A DNA stretch of 64,000 nt from Natronolimnobius baerhuensis. Its GTDB lineage: Archaea > Halobacteriota > Halobacteria > Halobacteriales > Natrialbaceae. The stretch is from positions 5,955 through 69,954 of the forward strand of contig NZ_MWPH01000006.1 of assembly GCF_002177135.1 (NCBI RefSeq). The letters are read 5' to 3'. Positions 57,985 to 64,000 of the stretch are shown piece after piece (positions within the stretch are counted from its first letter, which is position 1; every line of letters begins with the position of its first letter). The notes beneath the pieces were generated by a model. It had not been told where the DNA came from and ran no database searches. It saw only the letters and a list, made by a program, of their open reading frames with translations. Both the position numbers and the translations under genes were made by a program.

Positions 57985-58770
57985 TTAGCGAGAGTCCATA
58001 TTGAGATCGACTTCGATGATATTCGCCGTCCGTGTAATGGCTTCCGGGACGTGTTTGCGGAACTCGTCTCCTTTGATCCGGCTAGTGGGTCCGGAAATAC
58101 TGATCGCACCGAGCACGCGTCCACTTTTGTCACGGATCGGTGCTCCGACCGCGCGTAGCCCCTCAATTTGCTCTTCGTTGTTGTACGCATACCCCTCTGA
58201 CCGAATCGTTTCGAGTTCCTCCCGGAGGGCGTCTGGCGCGGTGATCGTATTCTCGGTTTTACGAACTAAGTCACTTTGCTGGATAATTTCTTCTCGTCGG
58301 GTCTCCGGGAGGTGGGCGAGAATCGCTTTTCCAGTCGCAGTGTAATGAAGTCGATCCGTCTCCTGCATCTTGTTTTTCTGAAATCGTTGCCCAACCGCGT
58401 GTTCGCCTTTCACCTTCCAGATATGGATTAACCGACCGTGTTCTTCAGTCGAGAGATGGGTGTACTCACCCGTGTTTTCAGCTAGTTCGACAAGTCGCGG
58501 TCGCGCGGTCACATATACTCGATTCTTATTTCGTACAAACTCTCCCAAACGTAAAAATTCCAGACTGAGAGAATAACGATCTTCCTCTTGGACAATGTAG
58601 CCATGCTGCTTGAGCGTTGTAAGATGATTGTACACCGCGCTCTTCGAAAGATCCAGATCAGACATCAACTCGACAGCCGTCGCCTCATCGAGCCGTTCGA
58701 GCGCATCGATAATTCGAAACGTTGTCGATACCGTCGACAAAGTACGGGAAGAGGGTTTGTCTGCATTCAT
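57985..58770 (-). CDS. IclR-family transcriptional regulator
   Basis: N-terminal wHTH 'TVSTTFRIIDALERLDEATAVELMSDLDLSKSAVYNHLTTLKQHGYI'. C-terminal effector domain. Confidence 0.8.
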   Translation of the reverse strand: MNADKPSSRTLSTVSTTFRIIDALERLDEATAVELMSDLDLSKSAVYNHLTTLKQHGYIVQEEDRYSLSLEFLRLGEFVRNKNRVYVTARPRLVELAENTGEYTHLSTEEHGRLIHIWKVKGEHAVGQRFQKNKMQETDRLHYTATGKAILAHLPETRREEIIQQSDLVRKTENTITAPDALREELETIRSEGYAYNNEEQIEGLRAVGAPIRDKSGRVLGAISISGPTSRIKGDEFRKHVPEAITRTANIIEVDLNMDSR

Positions 58771-59078
58771 CTATGGCGTGATCTAGCTAGCCAACACATA
58801 GCTGTTTTCCTATGGAGCAAAATTCACCGTTTCATTTCTTCGGATCCACTACCTCCACTCAGGTGCTGGTAATCGGAACCCACGTTTGTCTCAGAGAGAC
58901 AACGCTACAACCTCTATCGGTTGTGACCGTGGGATGGGCAGTATAGGGTGCTGACGCTGTACTATTTAGGGTGGTCCGTCTTATCGGATATGTATCCGTT
59001 GCACCTCTCGAGCACCACCGGGATTCCAGGATAACTAATGAGAACAGTATCAGCATATCCAGCCCGTTCAGGCGGAAA

Positions 59079-60359
59079 CTACTCTGCTTCGGCTAGCGTC
59101 TCGATGGCGCCCGTGAGGATCTGTGTCGCAGCTACACAATCATCCCAGTCCGTCCATTCCAGTGGTGTATGAGAGAGTCCATCGTGGGAGGGGGCAAATA
59201 GCATGCTAGCATCGGTGACTTTGGCGACGCGCATGGTATCGTGGGCAGCTCTCGACTCAAGTTCAACCACTGGTATGTCGTGATTCGTAGCGGCGTCTTG
59301 AAGCGCGATTCGACATCGCTCGTTCATCGTTTGCGGCGGTCGATCTGCGGACCGGTTAAACGAGGTTTTGACGCCACGTTCGGACTCGAGTCGGGCAAGA
59401 CTCGTCTTTGCTCTGTCGACGAGATACTCCATTGTGCTGTAGTTGGTGTCCCGAACATCGACCGTCAGCGTGACGGCTCCGGGAACAACGTTTGGTGCGT
59501 TCGGTGAGACGACGGAATGGCCAACAGTCGCAACGGGTGCCGAAGAGTCCACGGCTAAACGCTCGGAGGCTGCTCGCTCGATGTCGAGCACAAACTCACT
59601 TGCTGCGGTGAGGGCATCTGTTCGGTCTCTCATAGACGTCGTTCCCGCGTGGTTCGCTTCGCCTTCGATGGATGCTTCGCAGCGCGTGATTCCAGTGATT
59701 GCTGAAATGATCCCAGCTTGGGCGCCTTTGTTGATGAGCGTCTCAGCCTGCTCAATATGGAGTTCGAGCCATGAATCCCAGGTTTCCGGGTTGATCGTGT
59801 CAGACCCAGAAAAGCCGATTCGTTGGAGCGCCTCTTCGAGTGATACTCCCTCATCGTCTTCGCGAGTGAGGGCCCACTCGGTTGAGACGTCGCCCACTGC
59901 GACGGCCGAGCCGAGTGCACCGTAATCGAATCGCTGCCCTTCTTCTCCGGTAAAGCAGACGACGTCGATGGGACGTTCCAGCGGCACTTCGGCGTCCTGC
60001 AGCGCACGTACGCTCTCGAGAGCTGCGTACACGCCGAGTGGTCCGTCGAAGATTCCACCGTTTGGGACGGAATCAAGGTGGCTACCGAGTGCGACTGGTG
60101 CCGTCATCGGATCCGCACTATCGGGGACCCAACGACCAGCGATGTTCCCGACAGGGTCGACGCGAACCTCCAGGTTGCGCTCTTCGAGGCGATCAACGAA
60201 GTACTCGCGAGCGCGTCGGTCGGCGTCAGTTCCGGTCAGTACCGTTCTTCCATGGCCCTCTTCGACGTTCACCGCGCCGAACGTGGCATTGGTGAGGAGG
60301 TCCTCTCGAAGGCGTCGCCGCTGAACCTGCATGATATTACACTCGTCCACAATTACCAC
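59079..60359 (-). CDS. M20-family Zn-dependent amidohydrolase (allantoate amidohydrolase / N-carbamoyl-amino-acid hydrolase type)
   Basis: 'GSHLDSVPNGGIFDGPLGV', 'VVCFTGEEGQRF' and 'GANHAGTT' motifs. Confidence 0.8.
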   Translation of the reverse strand: MVIVDECNIMQVQRRRLREDLLTNATFGAVNVEEGHGRTVLTGTDADRRAREYFVDRLEERNLEVRVDPVGNIAGRWVPDSADPMTAPVALGSHLDSVPNGGIFDGPLGVYAALESVRALQDAEVPLERPIDVVCFTGEEGQRFDYGALGSAVAVGDVSTEWALTREDDEGVSLEEALQRIGFSGSDTINPETWDSWLELHIEQAETLINKGAQAGIISAITGITRCEASIEGEANHAGTTSMRDRTDALTAASEFVLDIERAASERLAVDSSAPVATVGHSVVSPNAPNVVPGAVTLTVDVRDTNYSTMEYLVDRAKTSLARLESERGVKTSFNRSADRPPQTMNERCRIALQDAATNHDIPVVELESRAAHDTMRVAKVTDASMLFAPSHDGLSHTPLEWTDWDDCVAATQILTGAIETLAEAE

Positions 60360-60450
60360 GGTCTACTTGACTGTACCGTCTTTGGCCACATATGTAACTG
60401 AACATATGGTTATCCATAGTATTATACCTACGGTTCACCCTGCAATCGCT

Positions 60451-61725
60451 ATGGGCCAACTCGATAGCTTGTCTCTCACAGAGATCCGTCGGGACCTGCA
60501 CAGATATCCTGAAAGCGGTTGGAAGGAGTTTCGGACAACCGCACTCCTTGCCGAAGAACTCGATGAGCGCGGGTTTGACCTGTTTTTTGGAGGCGAAGCG
60601 CTTGACGAGACGGCTCGTCTTGGTGTTCCACCCGCTGACGAAATATCGGCAGCACGAAAGCGGGCACGCAGGAACGGGGCACCAGCATGCTACCTCGACC
60701 AAATGGACGGCATTACCGGACTTGTCGCCGAAAAACGGTACGGATCGGCAGGACCGACGGTTGGGGTTCGGATCGATATCGACGCTCTTGAGATTCGGGA
60801 AGCGTCCGACGACGACCACAGACCCGCTCGACTCGGGTTTGCGAGCGAGTATTCGAACACGATGCACGCGTGTGGCCACGACGGTCACACATCTATCGGC
60901 CTTGGACTTGCGCGCGCAATCGACGAGGAAGGAGGATTCGATGGAACGCTTAAACTGTTCTTTCAGCCGGCAGAGGAAGGAGGACGCGGCGGAAAGCCGA
61001 TGTCTCGGTCAGGACACCTGGATGATGTGGAGTACTTCTTTGCGTTACATCTCGGATTGGGGAACGAAACCGGGACGATCATCGCGGGTTACGAGCATCC
61101 CCAACCAAATGCGAAACTCGATGTGACTTTTTCCGGCGAGTCAAGTCATGCAGGAAAAGCACCAGAAGACGGGCGGAATGCACTCCAGGCACTTTCGGCC
61201 GCGATCCAGAACCTCTATGCCATCCCTCGCCACAGCGACGGCGTCACGCGGATCAATATTGGGCATGTTGAATCACCAAACCCACAGAGTGTAGTTTCCG
61301 ACGCAGCCACGATGCGAATCGAAGTCCGTGGAGGTAGCATCGACCTCAAGGAATATATGCTGGAGCGAGCCGAACGCACCGTTCGTCATGCTGGCGCAAT
61401 GCACTCGGTTGACGTGGAGACCGACCGGTACGGTGAAACGACAACGTTTACCGCCGACGACGAACTCATCGACCTGGTTGCGACCGCCGCGGCTGATGTT
61501 CCTACCGTCGATCGGATCACCCGGCGCCAGACGTTTGCTGCGAGCGAAGACGCTTCATATCTCATCAGACGAGTCCAGAACAGCGGTGGTGTAGCAACGT
61601 ATCTCGGTATCGGAGCAAGCAATGTCGCTGGCCATCATAATTCGCACTTCGATATTGACGAAACCGCCCTCGAACTTGGGGTAGCCGTTCTCGCTGCTTC
61701 GATCCGCTCGCTCGACGGCGACTGA
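60451..61725 (+). CDS. M20D-family amidohydrolase (aminoacylase/hippurate-hydrolase type)
   Basis: 'MHACGHDGHTSIGLG' and 'FQPAEEGGRGG' metal-binding motifs. Start set at ATG 60451 to avoid overlap with the divergent gene. Confidence 0.8.
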   Translation: MGQLDSLSLTEIRRDLHRYPESGWKEFRTTALLAEELDERGFDLFFGGEALDETARLGVPPADEISAARKRARRNGAPACYLDQMDGITGLVAEKRYGSAGPTVGVRIDIDALEIREASDDDHRPARLGFASEYSNTMHACGHDGHTSIGLGLARAIDEEGGFDGTLKLFFQPAEEGGRGGKPMSRSGHLDDVEYFFALHLGLGNETGTIIAGYEHPQPNAKLDVTFSGESSHAGKAPEDGRNALQALSAAIQNLYAIPRHSDGVTRINIGHVESPNPQSVVSDAATMRIEVRGGSIDLKEYMLERAERTVRHAGAMHSVDVETDRYGETTTFTADDELIDLVATAAADVPTVDRITRRQTFAASEDASYLIRRVQNSGGVATYLGIGASNVAGHHNSHFDIDETALELGVAVLAASIRSLDGD

Positions 61726-61767
61726 ATGGCGGATCGGACGAGTCCGCACTGGCGATCGCGACAATCG

Positions 61768-62493
61768 TCAGTACTTGATCTCCGAATCGAGCATCTCTTC
61801 CGGATATGTACCCAGTTGCTCGGCGAGACGCCCCGGTAGTTCATCGGTGACTCGCTTTGTGTGCTCGAGCAGTTCACGAAGATCGGTAACGGGGTCGTCG
61901 GACAGGTCGACTCGGAGATTGTGGTATCGCTGGGGGACCGGCGCGTGGACCAGCAGAGCCGCACTTACCTTTCCACGTTTGTCGCCACCGGCTTCCTGGC
62001 CCGCTTCGAGAGCAGTCACCAGCCGATCAACCAATTTTCCGTCCGCGTCAACGAAGGCTTCGGTAACCGCATCGAGAACTGCCTCGCCGGCGAGCATGTT
62101 TCCTGCGACTGTGTGTGTTTCTTGTGAACAGCCACCGTTCCATGAAACGCAGTCGTCTCCGGTGTGGACGAACGTCGTGCCGTCGGTCTGGATCCCGTGG
62201 AGTTGTCGATAACTGGCGTATTCGTCGGCGTCGAGCAACACTTCACATGCTGCGTCAAGCGGGATACCGCGATCAACGAATTCGAGCGCATTAGCGCCGT
62301 GAGAGGTCTTTGTGAACGACTGGGTTACGACCGCGGCCCGATCACTCACGTACGGACACACTGCACCGACGCCAGCTGTACCTGTCGTCACTGCGACTCC
62401 CGTCTGGGAGGTTTCAGGATCGGTTGCGGCAATCGAGAACGTTCCGGGTGCAAAGCCAGTCTGCCAGGTGTTGGCATCAATGTCGGCCATCAT
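61768..62493 (-). CDS. DUF1028-family protein (Ntn-hydrolase-like)
   Basis: The N-terminal 'GTFSIAATDPETSQTGVAVTTGTAGVGAVCPYVSDRAAVVTQS' is the characteristic DUF1028 start. Confidence 0.55.
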   Translation of the reverse strand: MMADIDANTWQTGFAPGTFSIAATDPETSQTGVAVTTGTAGVGAVCPYVSDRAAVVTQSFTKTSHGANALEFVDRGIPLDAACEVLLDADEYASYRQLHGIQTDGTTFVHTGDDCVSWNGGCSQETHTVAGNMLAGEAVLDAVTEAFVDADGKLVDRLVTALEAGQEAGGDKRGKVSAALLVHAPVPQRYHNLRVDLSDDPVTDLRELLEHTKRVTDELPGRLAEQLGTYPEEMLDSEIKY

Positions 62494-62642
62494 CTGGTAA
62501 TGAGTTGCAAGTTGAATAAATAACTACTGATCAGCAAATCTTTTACACGATTGTGTTGACGTTTGGTTTCTGATTACTCATTCTGGTGCCCGAACAAAAA
62601 ATTATATATACTGGTACTGAGTTGTGGGTGTTGTGTTAGTCA

Positions 62643-64000
62643 ATGACGCCCGGAGATAAGTATACAATTCTGAAATCGGCGGCGGACTTCGACGAAGCAG
62701 GAACTGATCGCAGAGAGTTCATGAGCCGTCTTGCGGCCGGTGGCGGTGCCGTGATGCTCGGATCTTCGCTTGCAGGTTGTCTCGGATCGGACGACGAGGA
62801 GATGCCGAACGAACTGACCGTTCTCCGGGCAGGGGATTCCGACATGCTAGATCCCCACCGTACGACGCTCGCGTACTCGAGTATGGTCATGACATGGTTG
62901 TATGATTCCTTGCTGAAAATTGATTTTGATGGGAATATGCAGCCTGGACTCGCGACTGATTGGGAGTACAACGATGACGGAACAGAGTGGACAGTCGAAC
63001 TTCGTGACGGAGTCACTTGGCACGACGGTTCCGAATTCACTGCAGAAGACGTCGAATTCACCTATACTCGTGGCGCCGACATATCCGGCTGGTCGTGGGC
63101 GTTTGGCCCCCTTGAGGATGTCGAGATCATCGACGATCACCAGGTCACATTCGTCTTCGATGACCCATACTTCCCTTGGGAAAACTACTATGCCGGGGCG
63201 AACGACGGCTTCTTTGACGTTATTCCGAAGGGACCGGTCGAAGCGGACGAGGACGGGTTTAGCGCGAATCCCATCGGAACTGGACCGTACGAGTTCGATG
63301 AATGGGTTCGCGACGACCATATTACTCTGGTCCGAAACGACGACTGGGCAGTCCCACCGCTCCCAGAGGTCGAATCGGAAGACGCGCCCCTGCCCGAAAA
63401 GATCACGTTCCGAACGATCGCGGAGGAGACACCGCTGGTCCAAGAACTAATCCAGGGGAACGCGGATGTGCTATACAGTCGTGACTTCCCTCATCGCGAG
63501 CGCGACACAATCGAGAACGCTGACGGAACGCGGATTGAGCGGCAGGTCGGGGAAACCGCAGGGTACGTGGTCTTTAATATGGATCGCGAGCCAACCGACG
63601 AGATCGAGGTGCGTCAAGCACTCGCTCACGCTATCGATAAAGATCGAATTATCAACGATATTTTCTACGGTCTTGGACAGGAAAATTGGGTTCCGTTCTC
63701 TGAAAATGTCGAGTATTGGGCCGGCGATACGGTTCGGGAGGAAGTACCGCTCGAGTTCGATCCGGATCGGTCCCGTGAACTCCTTGAAAACGCTGGATGG
63801 GAGGACACTGGCGGCGAGTTCAGGGAACGAGATGGAGAAGAGTTGCGTTTGGATCTCCTCTCGGTCAACACGCCTGCACCGGTCTTGCAACTGTCCGAGG
63901 AAATGGTTTCAATGTTCGCTGATGTCGGTGTGAACGCGGATCTCAACGCCCTCGAGTACGGGACGGCGTACTCCCAGGGATCCGAAGGCGTGCACAACGT
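62643..64000 (+). CDS. ABC transporter substrate-binding protein, family 5 (peptide/nickel), Tat-lipoprotein; 3' end beyond window
   Basis: Tat motif 'DRREFMSRLAAGGGAVMLGSSLAGCLG' with lipobox. 'LATDWEYNDDGTEWTVELRDGVTWHDGSEFTAEDV' is a SBP_bac_5 signature. The frame stays open to position 64000. Confidence 0.75.
   Translation, partial: MTPGDKYTILKSAADFDEAGTDRREFMSRLAAGGGAVMLGSSLAGCLGSDDEEMPNELTVLRAGDSDMLDPHRTTLAYSSMVMTWLYDSLLKIDFDGNMQPGLATDWEYNDDGTEWTVELRDGVTWHDGSEFTAEDVEFTYTRGADISGWSWAFGPLEDVEIIDDHQVTFVFDDPYFPWENYYAGANDGFFDVIPKGPVEADEDGFSANPIGTGPYEFDEWVRDDHITLVRNDDWAVPPLPEVESEDAPLPEKITFRTIAEETPLVQELIQGNADVLYSRDFPHRERDTIENADGTRIERQVGETAGYVVFNMDREPTDEIEVRQALAHAIDKDRIINDIFYGLGQENWVPFSENVEYWAGDTVREEVPLEFDPDRSRELLENAGWEDTGGEFRERDGEELRLDLLSVNTPAPVLQLSEEMVSMFADVGVNADLNALEYGTAYSQGSEGVHN

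Noticed and set aside
1-64000. CRISPR arrays, rRNA genes
   Set aside because: No regularly spaced direct repeats with unique spacers and no rRNA-like conserved segments were seen on reading. The repeat fields present are iterons/ORB-like with variable spacing.

Overview
High-GC (~62-65%) haloarchaeal DNA with very acidic proteomes. Haloarchaeal hallmarks include PGF-CTERM, Tat signals, HTH_10/Bat-type regulators, Orc1/Cdc6 and IS6-type ISH elements. Several AT-rich islands look like accessory or plasmid-like replicon DNA: 1-1350, 3760-4470, 38540-40950, 41700-42320, 43800-45060 and 52640-53600. I found no CRISPR arrays, rRNA or convincing tRNAs.

Main content, left to right:
- 1-5629: AT-rich membrane and hypothetical genes, a frameshifted Orc1/Cdc6 remnant (3015-3757), and a VapBC-type toxin-antitoxin pair (4968-5629).
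- 6311-11553: a cytoplasmic GH10 xylanase and a giant GLUG-repeat surface protein with a PGF-CTERM anchor.
- 12131-15942: a two-component pair, a membrane PAS histidine kinase and an REC-GAF-HTH_10 regulator.
- 16347-28372: a cluster of four Hanks-type Ser/Thr protein kinase paralogs. Three are multipass-membrane N-terminus + ~650-aa helical region + C-terminal kinase. One has the inverted layout, kinase N-terminal and membrane C-terminal.
- 35083 down to 26834: a co-directional minus-strand module. It encodes an Snf7/ESCRT-III-like protein, a Vps4-like AAA ATPase with an MIT-like N-terminus, a flotillin-like protein (Zn-ribbon, SPFH, long coiled coil, Zn-ribbon), a HEAT-repeat protein, a Zn-ribbon/FHA-like protein, a PP2C phosphatase, and the inverted kinase.
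- 35705-38268: two more acidic coiled-coil proteins.
- 40050-44400: an orc1/cdc6-centred replication-origin region. It has eight copies of a non-canonical ORB-like repeat (CACaCcCCTATCGATTTGTT) on both sides of orc1.
- 45061-50801: a secreted staphylococcal-nuclease-domain protein and a surface protein with tandem repeats.
- 51152-53050: a parA partition locus with an ATAGGT iteron array.
- 53179-53591: five copies of a TTTCACCGGAAAC dyad.
- 53616-55541: a hybrid sensor kinase.
- 55690-57783: an IS6-disrupted GH4 gene and an intact IS6 element.
- 57985-64000: an IclR / M20 amidohydrolase / DUF1028 / ABC substrate-binding catabolic cluster.

Most interesting: the ESCRT-III-like + Vps4-like + flotillin-like + Ser/Thr kinase/phosphatase neighbourhood. 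It looks like an undescribed, phospho-regulated membrane-remodelling system in a haloarchaeon.
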